In this document: positions 20,399-29,674 of the stretch, in pieces
Position numbering within the stretch: position 1 is the first letter of the stretch
How the letters are laid out: each line of letters begins with the position of its first letter
Origin: Planctomycetota bacterium
GTDB taxonomy: Bacteria > Planctomycetota > B15-G4
Assembly: GCA_038212275.1 (NCBI GenBank)
Contig: JBBQUR010000001.1
Location: 306,890-370,889, forward strand
Direction of reading: 5' to 3'
Length of the DNA stretch: 64,000 nt
Program-made: the position numbers and the translations under genes
The notes under the pieces: generated by a model
Seen by the model: the letters and a program-made list of their open reading frames with translations, nothing else
Database searches by the model: none
Told to the model about the DNA's origin: nothing

Positions 20399-21705
20399 GA
20401 GAGTTGCGCCTCCGGCAGCGACAGCAGGATGTGAATGGCCTGCGTCAGCGGCATGTCCCCGGATGCGAGGCGATCACGCAGGCCGCCCGGCAACTCGCCG
20501 TCGAACAGCAGGTCGATGAGCGCACCGAGGTCCGCCACGCCGTCGCGCAGGGGCGCCGGATCGGGCTTCCGAAGCGCGGCGAAGGACGTGGCGAAGCGCG
20601 CCGCGAGATTCATGCGCCCGATGAGCGTCGCTGCGTTGAGCCACGCCAGGCCTCCGTCCCAGCCTTTGACGCTCGGCGGCTCGTAGAGCGCCTGGCCGAG
20701 GTCCGCGAGCCGTGTGCCGAGCTCGCTCGTGTCGGGTCGCAGTCCGAGCGTCCGAGCCGCGCCGATGGCCAGCGCCACCGGGGAGCTCACGAGCGAGCGT
20801 CGTGCCTGCGCATCGAAGAACGCGCGGCTTGCAAACAGCTCGCGCAGCAATGCCAGCGTGTCGTATCCGCTCGCGAGGTAGTGTTCGCCGATCAGCGTGA
20901 CAAGCTCAGGCGAAGGCGCCGCATGCACGAAATGGCGGAAGAGCCGGCCGCCCACGTGCTCGGCACATGCCGGCCGCTCGAGGCACGCGGCAAGCACGTC
21001 ATCGCCATCCAGGGGCCCGGAGCGTCCCAGGACCAGCTTGTCGCTGCCATCGTGTTCGCGGGCGTTGAATCGGAAGCGGCCGTCCTGCTCGTGCCAGCCG
21101 CTGAAGGCACGCGCCGCGTCGCGCACGTCGCACTCCTCGTAGTGTCCGACGCCGAGGCAGAACAGTTCGAGCAGCTCGCGTGCGAAGTTCTCGTTGGGAT
21201 GGCGCGCACGGTTTCCGTTGCCGTCGAGCCAGCGGATCATCGCCGGGTCGCGCGCGACCGCGCCGAGCAGGACGCCGAAGCGCCCCGGCCCTAGCGTGCG
21301 CAGCAGATCCACCTGCGCCGCCATGAGATGCGGGCCGCGCACCTTGGCCACGGACGTGGCGAAGTGTCCATGCCAGAAGAGCGCGAGCTGCTCGCGCATG
21401 GGGCGTGGATCGCGCAGCATGCGGGTGAGCCAGACGGAGCGATACAGCTCGAGACTTCCCGCACTGAGCAGCGGAGAGAGCGCCTCCAGCACGCTGGCAT
21501 AGGCGCCTTCGATCGGCGGGCAGGCCACCAGTTCATTCACTGCAGCGCCCGGACCCCACCGCAGGACCTGATCGCGTTCCTGTCGTGTCCCGCCGAAGCA
21601 GGTGCGGCGCAGCAGGTGCGACGCGGAGCCCGCATCCCAGGGGCCGTCGATATCCGGCCGGAATGGAGCGAGCGCCTCCTCGGCAGTGCGCCACGACGCA
21701 CTCAT
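20395..21705 (-). CDS. DUF1800 family protein
   Basis: HLLRR..FG, EQLALFWHGHFATS, DPAM..WLD, PNENFARELLELF.LG, ARAFSGW, PPSVKGW; 4-bp overlap with DUF1501. Confidence 0.9.
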   Translation of the reverse strand: MSASWRTAEEALAPFRPDIDGPWDAGSASHLLRRTCFGGTRQERDQVLRWGPGAAVNELVACPPIEGAYASVLEALSPLLSAGSLELYRSVWLTRMLRDPRPMREQLALFWHGHFATSVAKVRGPHLMAAQVDLLRTLGPGRFGVLLGAVARDPAMIRWLDGNGNRARHPNENFARELLELFCLGVGHYEECDVRDAARAFSGWHEQDGRFRFNAREHDGSDKLVLGRSGPLDGDDVLAACLERPACAEHVGGRLFRHFVHAAPSPELVTLIGEHYLASGYDTLALLRELFASRAFFDAQARRSLVSSPVALAIGAARTLGLRPDTSELGTRLADLGQALYEPPSVKGWDGGLAWLNAATLIGRMNLAARFATSFAALRKPDPAPLRDGVADLGALIDLLFDGELPGGLRDRLASGDMPLTQAIHILLSLPEAQLS

Positions 21706-23534
21706 CGATCGCCTTCAGCGGTCCGGAGCGTCGCCGGCGGGGCGAACCCGAGCGTGAGCTCGAGCTGCAGGCCATCCTCGATCTGGCGCACATCGGCCCG
21801 CAGCTTTGTCAGCACAGAGAGCAGTTGCAGCAGCTTGTCGATGTCGCTGCCGGCCTCGTCCGGATCGGCACCGTCCTCGAGCATGCGTTGTGCGACGAAG
21901 CCCGCGCGGTTCTCGCGTGCGAGCTCGATCGCCGTCGGCATGTCGATGTCGAAGCCGAACGTGCCGTCGCGCTCGACCGGCGCACCGCCGTGAATCGAGC
22001 TGATCAGCCGACGCACCTGCTCGGCCGACGAGCCGATGAGCAGCCAGTCGTCCACGATCGCCGCCGCAGGCGACCAGTTGGGATCGGTGCCGAGCGCCGC
22101 GGGGCCGTCGGTCCTGCGCGGTGCGAGCCGCGCCAGCCGCATCGGCACGCCCTCGTGTTCCTCCACCTCGAGCACGAACGGCGCACGACCATCCCGCGCC
22201 CGGTCCATGTTCACGATGCTGACCATCGACTGGAAGGCGACGGACACGGAATCGGAAAACTCCGACGCGGCCACAAGGCGTCCGACGAGGCAGAAGCCGG
22301 GCAGGCGCACCTCCGGCACCAGAGAGGCGTCCGCGAAGAGCTGTCTGTCCACGACGAGTGCGAGCTCCGGCGCGACGGCCGCAAAGACGTCCTCTGCAGG
22401 TGACAGTCCCGCGAACAGGACGGCGATGTTCTCGTCGGCCTTCGCGAGAGCCGGCTGACTGTCCTCGGACATGAGGACCTCGCGCTGCCGCCACCAATCC
22501 GCAAGATCGCGCCGCGCGGACACGACCGCAATCGTCTGTGGTGTCGTCGGCACGACCATGCTGTCCACGCCGGGCGGGAACCATGCGGCGGCTGCATCCG
22601 CGGGCGGCGGAGGCAGCAGCGCCTGGAGGGTCAACGAGTTGTCGTTGCTCGTCAGCGCGCCGTCCACGCGGCCCTCGGCCAGCGTCAAGCCGCCGAAGAG
22701 CAGGTTGGCCAGCGGATTGGCGAGCCGGCGACCGAGCAGCTTGCGGCCCGGCTGGCGCACACCGCGAAGCGTCGATGCCTGCAGGAGCGCGGTGTCAAAG
22801 GAGAACGTGGCCAGCGTCGCGGAACCCGTCGGAGGCTCCTTTACGCTCGAAGGCACGTTCGCTGCGGCCGGGCTGGCGCGCGCACCGACAGTCGCGGCCG
22901 TTGCAGCCTGCCGCACCCGCTCGAGCGCCTCGGTCAGCAGCTCGTCGTTGTTGCCGGCGATCAACACGCCTTCGTGGGCGGCCACGAAGAGCTTGCGATC
23001 CACGCGCGCGTAGGGCAGATCCTTGTGCAGCAGGTGACGCACGTCGTGTTCGTTGGAAGCCAGCGCCAGCAAGGCTCCGAGCGTGCGCTGCAATCCCTCG
23101 GCATCCTCCGTGCGGGACAACGCGACGACGGCGCGCGGACCGCTCTCGCCGGCTGCCAGACGCGACGGAGGGCCGGCGTAGAGCGCGACGGCGACCTCGC
23201 CTCCCAGCAGGAAGCGCAGCAGGGATTCCGGATCGGCGCCCGTGGCGAGTCGGAGAGCGCCGCGCAAGGGCGCGAGTTCGCGAACGAGGCCGGACTCCTC
23301 CGCGAGAGCGCGGGCGCTTCGGCCTGCCGGGCAGTCCCACACGGCCAGTCCGCTCGGGACGTGCACGCAGGCGAGCGCCCCCTCCGGCAGCAGGCCCGAG
23401 AGCGAGTCATCGCTTGCTGCCGCGCGCGGCGCGGCGAGGGGAGCGGGCGCGGAGGTGGCCGCCGGTGCCGACACCAGCACACCCGGCGTCGCGAGCCAGA
23501 GAGCGCTGAGCAGCCACACGAGGAATCGCAGCAT
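21702..23534 (-). CDS. Hypothetical exported protein (about 610 aa, possibly DUF3352-like)
   Basis: Signal peptide MLRFLVWLLSALWLA; normal composition; 4-bp overlap with DUF1800. Confidence 0.7.
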   Translation of the reverse strand: MLRFLVWLLSALWLATPGVLVSAPAATSAPAPLAAPRAAASDDSLSGLLPEGALACVHVPSGLAVWDCPAGRSARALAEESGLVRELAPLRGALRLATGADPESLLRFLLGGEVAVALYAGPPSRLAAGESGPRAVVALSRTEDAEGLQRTLGALLALASNEHDVRHLLHKDLPYARVDRKLFVAAHEGVLIAGNNDELLTEALERVRQAATAATVGARASPAAANVPSSVKEPPTGSATLATFSFDTALLQASTLRGVRQPGRKLLGRRLANPLANLLFGGLTLAEGRVDGALTSNDNSLTLQALLPPPPADAAAAWFPPGVDSMVVPTTPQTIAVVSARRDLADWWRQREVLMSEDSQPALAKADENIAVLFAGLSPAEDVFAAVAPELALVVDRQLFADASLVPEVRLPGFCLVGRLVAASEFSDSVSVAFQSMVSIVNMDRARDGRAPFVLEVEEHEGVPMRLARLAPRRTDGPAALGTDPNWSPAAAIVDDWLLIGSSAEQVRRLISSIHGGAPVERDGTFGFDIDMPTAIELARENRAGFVAQRMLEDGADPDEAGSDIDKLLQLLSVLTKLRADVRQIEDGLQLELTLGFAPPATLRTAEGDR

Positions 23535-23610
23535 GGCATCTCCCGAACTGGCCCAGCCGACGGTGGTCGATGGGCCGTGATCGTATTCGTCGCAGCCGTC
23601 CCGCCCTGGT

Positions 23611-23660
23611 CTGCACCGGTCTGCACCGGTCTGCACCGGCCTGCACCGGCCTGCACCGGC
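23611..23660. repeat. 10-bp tandem repeat CTGCACCGG[T/C] x5
   Basis: Directly visible, no spacers. Confidence 0.95.
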
Positions 23661-23787
23661 CTTTGCCCGCGGGGCCGGCGTCACGGCCATGGTTGGGGAA
23701 TGCGACTCGGCGGTTTCAGGTGATCACGCGTGATCTCGCGCCTGTTCTCCGGCCGGGCATGCGCGCCTGCCCGACCGCCGCTCGAGC

Positions 23788-24708
23788 TCAGTTCTTGTCG
23801 AAGGCCTTGTCGAGCTCCACGAGTTGCTTGACGATCTGCTCCGCTGTCTTGGTGTCATGCAGCGACTGGGCGAGCAGGAACTGATCCTGCAGCGCTTCGT
23901 GTGCCGGTTCGTAGGCCTGCTCGGCGATGGCGTTCTCGTACAGCACGGCAAGTCCGTTCCACACCGCATCGAGGTCGCGGATCGCGCGCCCGACGCGCAC
24001 GGCTTCCTTCATCGTGGTCGAGGACTCGGCGAAATTCCGGTTGTCCGCCTGCACGCGGCCGATGAGCGCGAGGGCCATGGACTGACCCCACGTGTCGTCG
24101 AGCTCCCGCGCACGGCCGAGCGACTGCTGCAGCGGGCTGATCGAGTTGGCCGCCTCCTGCGGGCTCTTCGCCTGGCGATAGAGGGTCGCACCCTCGCGGA
24201 AGAGCCGCTGTCCCTCGCGGAAGCTCTTCTGCTGCTCGTCGTTCCAGCCGTAGAAGGCATTGACGTAGGCAACGTAGCGCGTGTCGCCGAGCACCTGATC
24301 GGCGAGTGCCGCGAGTCTGCGGCCGGCCGCCTGCATGTCGGCGGCTTGCTTCCTGCCTTCTTCGGTGTCGAGCGCGCCACCCTCCTTGAGGGCGAGCCAG
24401 CCCTCGCAGCGGCTGTCGATGTAGCCGAGGAGCTGCCAGCCCTCGTCGTGGAAGGCCTGTCCGAGGCGGCTCTCGTCACCGGCTTCGAGCAGCGCGTCCC
24501 ACAGCTCCGGACCGCTGAGATTTTCGTACGGATCCTTCGCGGCCGCCGTCGGATCCGTGCCCGCACGGGGGTCGGCGCCCGAGCGCGGATCCTTCCCGGC
24601 CCTCGGGTCGGTGTCCTTGACCTGCCCGGCCAGACCACCGGACATGAGGACGAGTGACAGGGCGCACCACGGCGCGCAGCGGCGGAAGGCGAAGCGAACG
24701 GAACGCAT
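23788..24708 (-). CDS. Hypothetical exported helical (TPR-like) protein
   Basis: Signal peptide; DPRAGK/DPRSGA/DPRAGT repeats; C-terminal TPR-like helices; starts 11 bp after the larE stop. Confidence 0.7.
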   Translation of the reverse strand: MRSVRFAFRRCAPWCALSLVLMSGGLAGQVKDTDPRAGKDPRSGADPRAGTDPTAAAKDPYENLSGPELWDALLEAGDESRLGQAFHDEGWQLLGYIDSRCEGWLALKEGGALDTEEGRKQAADMQAAGRRLAALADQVLGDTRYVAYVNAFYGWNDEQQKSFREGQRLFREGATLYRQAKSPQEAANSISPLQQSLGRARELDDTWGQSMALALIGRVQADNRNFAESSTTMKEAVRVGRAIRDLDAVWNGLAVLYENAIAEQAYEPAHEALQDQFLLAQSLHDTKTAEQIVKQLVELDKAFDKN

Positions 24709-24719
24709 GCGGAAGTTCC

Positions 24720-25610
24720 TCAGGGAATGCGGGTCAGGGTGTCATTGAGTCGGCCCGAGCGGAAGCCTTCGGCCTCGATGCTCCAGTGCAGAAAGCCGGC
24801 GTCGCGCGTCGGGCCGTCGAGGGCGCCGACCGCGCCCAGGGCGACCAGGTCCGCGACGCGCTCCGGCTCCACTTCGAGGCGCACGAGGTCTCCGTGATGC
24901 CTTGCACGCACCTGCCGGAAGCCCAGGCCGAGCAGGTGTCGCTCGACGGCGTCCACAGCCGCCAGCCGCTCGGAGGTCACGCGTGTTCCGTAGGGGAGCC
25001 GCGACGCGAGGCACGCCAGCGCGGGCTTGTCCCAGTTGGGCAGGCCGAGGTGGGCGGCGACGGCGCGCACCTCCCGCTTGGTCATTCCGCACGCCAGCAG
25101 CGGGGAGCGCACCCGGGCTTCGGTGGCGGCCGCGAGGCCGGGGCGCCAGTCGCCGACGTCATCCGCGTTCGTGCCGTTCAGTATGCACGCCAGGCCGTGC
25201 TCGTCGGCGATGGCGCGGCACACGGCGTAAAGCTCCGTCTTGCAGTGGAAGCAGCGGTCCGGGCCGTTGGCGACGTAGCCCGGGCGCCGCAGTTCGGCAG
25301 TCTCCGCGAACAGCAATCGCGCGCCAAGCTGATGGCCGAGGCGCTCCGCTTCCGCGGCCTCGGCCGGCGCGACGGCGGGCGAGAGGCCGCTGACTCCCAG
25401 CGCGCGCTCGCCGAGCACGTCGGCAGCCAGCTTGAGCACGACGGTGGAATCGATGCCGCCCGAGAAGGCCACGACCGCCGACCTGCACGCTGCGATCTCG
25501 GCGCAGAGCGCTTTGACGAGCACGGCGGGGGAGCGCGGCGTCTGCTCCGTGGCCTGCTGCTCTGCGGCTCCATGCGCTCCTTCATCGTTCGCGAGGCCGC
25601 GGCTCAGCAT
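24720..25610 (-). CDS. larE: ATP-dependent sulfur transferase LarE (PP-loop)
   Basis: AFSGGIDS PP-loop, NGPDRCFHCK, GTNADD..D.RPG, WDKPALACLASRLPYG, QVRARHH. Confidence 0.93.
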   Translation of the reverse strand: MLSRGLANDEGAHGAAEQQATEQTPRSPAVLVKALCAEIAACRSAVVAFSGGIDSTVVLKLAADVLGERALGVSGLSPAVAPAEAAEAERLGHQLGARLLFAETAELRRPGYVANGPDRCFHCKTELYAVCRAIADEHGLACILNGTNADDVGDWRPGLAAATEARVRSPLLACGMTKREVRAVAAHLGLPNWDKPALACLASRLPYGTRVTSERLAAVDAVERHLLGLGFRQVRARHHGDLVRLEVEPERVADLVALGAVGALDGPTRDAGFLHWSIEAEGFRSGRLNDTLTRIP

Positions 25611-26854
25611 GTGCCGGCCTCGTGCGCGGCGCGCCATTCGGCAGCGGCCGCGACGGCGGCTGCCAGGACGTCCTTCACCGGCACGGCCTGCACGCGCGCG
25701 GCGCGTTCGCAATCGTCGTATTCGGGGGAGATGTTGATGCACTGTTCGCCGAGAAACCCGAGCTTCACGCGCACGGCGCCGTAGCACGTCTCGACGCGCT
25801 CGTGCCGCCGGACGAGTTCGGTGCGGCGGACGTCGTGGCTGCGCACGCCCAGCGTCGTGGTCTCGCGGAGGATGATCTCCGTGAGCACGCCTTCCAGCTC
25901 GGGGCGGGCCAGCACGGAGAGCAGCGTGCCCGGGCGTTGCTTCTTCATCTGCAGAGGCAGCAGCACGACATCGAGCGCGCCGGCCGCGAAGAGGTGCTGC
26001 GCGACGGCGCCGTAGATCCGCGGGTCCATGTCGTCGATGGCCGCTTCGATGATCACGGCGTGGCCGTGCGCGGCTCCCGCAGCGCCGGCAGGCATCGCGG
26101 CGGCGGGAGTCGTGACCCGCTCGCCAAGCAGGACGCGCAGGACGTTGGGACGGTCGGGCAACTCGGCGCTGCCCATGCCCGTGCCGGTCGCGAGCAGGCG
26201 CATCGCCGGCGGCGCACTTGCTGCTCGCCCGGCCGGCTGCGCGCAGAGCGTGGCAAGGATCGCAGCGCCGGTGGGAGTCACCGTTTCGAGGGATCCGGCC
26301 ACGGGCACCAGCGTGAAGCCGAGCAGCAGGCGTGCCGTGGCCGGGGCGGGAAGCGGCATGACGCCGTGGTCACCGCGCACGCTGCCGGCGCAGATCGGGA
26401 CGGCACTGCACGAGAAGCTCGTGGCGTCCAGCAGATCCACGGCGAGCGCCGCACCGACGATGTCCACGATGGAGTCCATGGCGCCGACTTCGTGGAAGTG
26501 CACTTCATCGGGCGTGCAGCCGTGCACGTGCCCTTCGGCGGCCGCGAGCGTTCCGAAGATGTCGAGAGCCAGCTGCCGGGCTCGATCGGGGAGCGACGCG
26601 CGTTGCAGCAGCCCGCGGATGTCCTTCCAGTGCCGCGACGGCGCCTGCACTTCGGCGCGCACCGTGAAACGGGCGCCGGCCATCCCGCCCTTCCATTGAC
26701 GGTCGAGCGACACGGCGCTGAAGGGGAGGCCCGAGTCGCGCAGGCGCTGTTCGAGCGTCGCGAAGTCCGCGCCGGCGTCGACGAGGGCTGCGACGGTCAT
26801 GTCGCCCGCGATCCCGCCGACGAGGTCGAGGTGCAGGTGTCGCTCCGCGTTCAT
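25604..26854 (-). CDS. larC: Nickel pincer cofactor nickel-insertion protein LarC
   Basis: GIAGDM, AEGHVHG..VHFHEVGAMDSIVDIVG, PAPAT, TPTGAA, IDDMDP, MKKQRPG, ETTTLGVR, PEYDDC. Confidence 0.95.
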   Translation of the reverse strand: MNAERHLHLDLVGGIAGDMTVAALVDAGADFATLEQRLRDSGLPFSAVSLDRQWKGGMAGARFTVRAEVQAPSRHWKDIRGLLQRASLPDRARQLALDIFGTLAAAEGHVHGCTPDEVHFHEVGAMDSIVDIVGAALAVDLLDATSFSCSAVPICAGSVRGDHGVMPLPAPATARLLLGFTLVPVAGSLETVTPTGAAILATLCAQPAGRAASAPPAMRLLATGTGMGSAELPDRPNVLRVLLGERVTTPAAAMPAGAAGAAHGHAVIIEAAIDDMDPRIYGAVAQHLFAAGALDVVLLPLQMKKQRPGTLLSVLARPELEGVLTEIILRETTTLGVRSHDVRRTELVRRHERVETCYGAVRVKLGFLGEQCINISPEYDDCERAARVQAVPVKDVLAAAVAAAAEWRAAHEAGTC

Positions 26855-27636
26855 GGGGCGTCGGTCGCGTCGGGCACGGGATGGTTGATGAGGTGCGCGG
26901 CGCATGCGGCGCCGAAGCCGTTGTCGATGTTGACCACAGTGATACCGGCGGCGCAGGAGTTCAGCATGGCGAGCAATGCGGCGAGGCCGCCGAAGCTCGC
27001 GCCGTAGCCGACGCTGGTGGGCACCGCGATGACCGGGCACGCGACGAGCCCGCCGACGACGCTGGGCAGCGCGCCCTCCATCCCGGCGACGACGACGAGT
27101 GCGCGCGCGCGGCGCAGCAGCGGAAGGTGCTCGACGAGCCGGTGGATTCCGGCCACGCCGACGTCGGTGAGTCGCTCCACCCGGTTGCCGAAGAGTGCGA
27201 GCGTGCGCGCCGCTTCCTCGGCGACGGGCAGGTCGGACGTCCCCGCGCAGGCGACGACGATCAGGCCGGCGCCCGTGTCCTCGACGGAAGCAGCCGACCA
27301 GCACCACGTGCGCGACAATGGATCGTAGTCGCCGGCAAGTTCGTGGCCCGCGTCGAGTCCCTGACCGCAGGCGGCATGCGCCGCCGGATCGAGGCGTGTC
27401 ACGAGCACGGGGTGCCCGCGTCGCTTCAGCCGCGCGACGATGGCGACGATCTGCTCGGCGGTCTTGCCTGCGCCGTACACGACCTCGGGCAGACCGCTGC
27501 GCGCATGGCGCTCGTGGTCCAGTCGCGCGAAGCCGAGGCTGTCGCCATGCAGGTCACGGAGAGCGCGCAGTCCGGCCTCGTCGCCGAGGCGGCCGGCGGC
27601 GAGATCCTCCGCGAGCTGTTCGAAGGGTGGGCGCAT
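26851..27636 (-). CDS. larB: Nickel pincer cofactor carboxylase/hydrolase LarB
   Basis: ARLDHER..RSGLPEVVYGAGKT, AGTSDLPVAEEA, DVGVAGIHRL, AGMEGALPSVVGGL, PTSVGYG, LNSCAAG, VNIDNGFGAA. Confidence 0.96.
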   Translation of the reverse strand: MRPPFEQLAEDLAAGRLGDEAGLRALRDLHGDSLGFARLDHERHARSGLPEVVYGAGKTAEQIVAIVARLKRRGHPVLVTRLDPAAHAACGQGLDAGHELAGDYDPLSRTWCWSAASVEDTGAGLIVVACAGTSDLPVAEEAARTLALFGNRVERLTDVGVAGIHRLVEHLPLLRRARALVVVAGMEGALPSVVGGLVACPVIAVPTSVGYGASFGGLAALLAMLNSCAAGITVVNIDNGFGAACAAHLINHPVPDATDAP

Positions 27637-27673
27637 GCGGCCGACAGTGTAGCCACTTGCAGGGCCCTGCCGA

Positions 27674-29674
27674 TCAGCGCACGGCCGACGCCGCCATGTC
27701 CTCCGCCAGTCCCGGCCGCGCCGGATCGAGCCGGGCCGCGACGGAGAGTGCGGCGGCCGCGAGATCGCGCTTCTCCATGCGCAGGAAGAGCCGCCCGAGT
27801 TCATGCCAGGTGACCGGATCGCTGCTCCAGCGCTCGGTGGAGGCTGCCAGCGCCGTTGCCGTGGCGGGCACGTTGCCTGTCAGCGCCGCGGCGCGCGCGC
27901 GCAGATTCCAGGGCAGCTCGGACCGCGGGTGCAGGGTCGCGAGCAAGTCCGCGTCCGCAAGCGTCTCGGGACTGCGCCCGGCGGCCAGCGCCAGCGCCGC
28001 ACGGTTCACGCGCGATTCGGACAGGTCTCCGTCCAGCGACAGGGCACGGTCGTACGCGGCGAGTGCTTCGTCGCTGCGCCCGGCGGCCTCCAGGATGAGG
28101 CCGCGCACGTGCGCGAAGTCCGGACTCGCATCGAGCGAGGGCAGTCCCGCCGGCGTGCCGTGCGCCGCGTGGCCCGTCGACCACGCGTCGAGACCTGCCG
28201 CGGCCTCGTCGTTGCGGCCGATGCGGTACAGGCCCGCGGCGATCAGCCCCGAAGCCCAGGCGACACCCGCGTCGGTCGCGAGCGCCGGGGCGAGCCGACC
28301 GTCAGCGAAGAGCCTCAACGCCCCGGACGGCTTGTCGTAATGACGCATCGGCACGTCCGCGGGACGCGGAATGCGGCGGCGCACGTGATGATCCACGGTG
28401 CGCACGAGCGGGAGGTCGAAGGGCTGGCTCCGGCGCATGTGGCAGTCGACACAGGCTTCGGGCGCGTAAGCCTCCGCGCCCGTCACGTCGCGCACGCTCA
28501 GCGAGTCCGGGCGCGCGCAGGCCGGCTTGCCGTCCGAGTGGCAGCGGATGCAGGCCCTGTCAAAGGACGCAGGCCCCTGCTCGGCGACGCCCGCGTGTGC
28601 TTCGTGGCAGCTCGTGCAGGTCATGTCGGGCGAGCTGCGGAAGCAGGCGGAGAGCGCCAGGCGCTCGAGCTGGCTCACGAAGCGGAAGTCGTCGTCGGGC
28701 GTCGCGGGGACAAGCACCGGACGCACGGCCTGGAGCACGTCGTCATGCGGTCCGTAGCCGACGCGCGAGGTGAGCTCGAGCCGGGCGTCACCTTCGAGAT
28801 GGCAACGCGCGCACACGTCGCGTTGCTGCGCGGCGGGCAACGCGACGAGCCGGGGAAGGCCGATGTCGTTGCCGTCGGCCGGCACGCGCTCGTGCATGAT
28901 CTCGACATGCAGCGCCGTGTCGCCGTGGCAGGCAGAGCAGGTCAGGGGCGAGAGCCGCTGCAGCGCGTCGACGCCGAGCAGGTTGGAGGGATAGATGTGC
29001 CGGGCCGCGGGCGGCGTGTGGCCCGGGTTCGCGTCGATCACGGCTGGCAGCCGCGCAGGGTCCTCGGTCGTGTGGCAGGACAGGCACTGCGCGGTCACGG
29101 GCTGGTCGAGACCTGCGGAATGGCCTCCGCGCTCGAAGGGCGCGAGCGCGAGTCCGTAACCGGTGATGCGCTCCACGGGCGCGAAGAACAGCCGCTGACC
29201 GACGGCTCCGACGGCGTCGATCTCCGCGCCGACGAAGGACATGTCGAGCAGGCCGGCGCCGATGCGCCCGACGAGTTGCTGTTGACGCTCGCCTCCTGCG
29301 CGGGTGCGGAGGCTCATCGTCGTGACGCCTTCGATGGTGTCGAATCGGTAGAGGTTGCCCGTGGCCGGGTTCTCGAGCGAGCCGCCGGGCGGATCGGTCA
29401 GCGGCCCGAGGCTGTCCGACATGCCGTGCAACAGGTAGGTGGTGACGATGCGTGCATGGCAGCGTGCGCACTCGCGCATGGAGTCGGGGACGTCGCGTAC
29501 CGCGCGCGGCGGAGCACCGGGCGAGATGTTGGCGGAGTCATTCCCGTGGTCGCCGCGTGCCGGAACATCCGAAGCATGCGCATCGCAGCCGGCGAGCAGC
29601 AGGCCGGACAGCAGGCCGGGCAGCAGCCGTCCGATGCCTGCGCGGCGCCTGCGCCGAGGCCGCGTCGTGCTCAA
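27674..29674 (-). CDS. Multiheme (7 CxxCH) cytochrome c lipoprotein with C-terminal TPRs
   Basis: LLAGC lipobox; CARCH, CLSCH, CSACH, CARCH, CTSCH, CIRCH, CVDCH; TPR helices at the C-terminus. Confidence 0.88.
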   Translation of the reverse strand: MSTTRPRRRRRAGIGRLLPGLLSGLLLAGCDAHASDVPARGDHGNDSANISPGAPPRAVRDVPDSMRECARCHARIVTTYLLHGMSDSLGPLTDPPGGSLENPATGNLYRFDTIEGVTTMSLRTRAGGERQQQLVGRIGAGLLDMSFVGAEIDAVGAVGQRLFFAPVERITGYGLALAPFERGGHSAGLDQPVTAQCLSCHTTEDPARLPAVIDANPGHTPPAARHIYPSNLLGVDALQRLSPLTCSACHGDTALHVEIMHERVPADGNDIGLPRLVALPAAQQRDVCARCHLEGDARLELTSRVGYGPHDDVLQAVRPVLVPATPDDDFRFVSQLERLALSACFRSSPDMTCTSCHEAHAGVAEQGPASFDRACIRCHSDGKPACARPDSLSVRDVTGAEAYAPEACVDCHMRRSQPFDLPLVRTVDHHVRRRIPRPADVPMRHYDKPSGALRLFADGRLAPALATDAGVAWASGLIAAGLYRIGRNDEAAAGLDAWSTGHAAHGTPAGLPSLDASPDFAHVRGLILEAAGRSDEALAAYDRALSLDGDLSESRVNRAALALAAGRSPETLADADLLATLHPRSELPWNLRARAAALTGNVPATATALAASTERWSSDPVTWHELGRLFLRMEKRDLAAAALSVAARLDPARPGLAEDMAASAVR

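Noticed and set aside
23611..23660. Possible CRISPR array
   Set aside because: 10-bp units with no spacers and no cas genes
26851..27636. purE (AIR carboxylase)
   Set aside because: N-terminal extension, AGTSD and PTSVGYG motifs and coupling to larC/larE identify LarB
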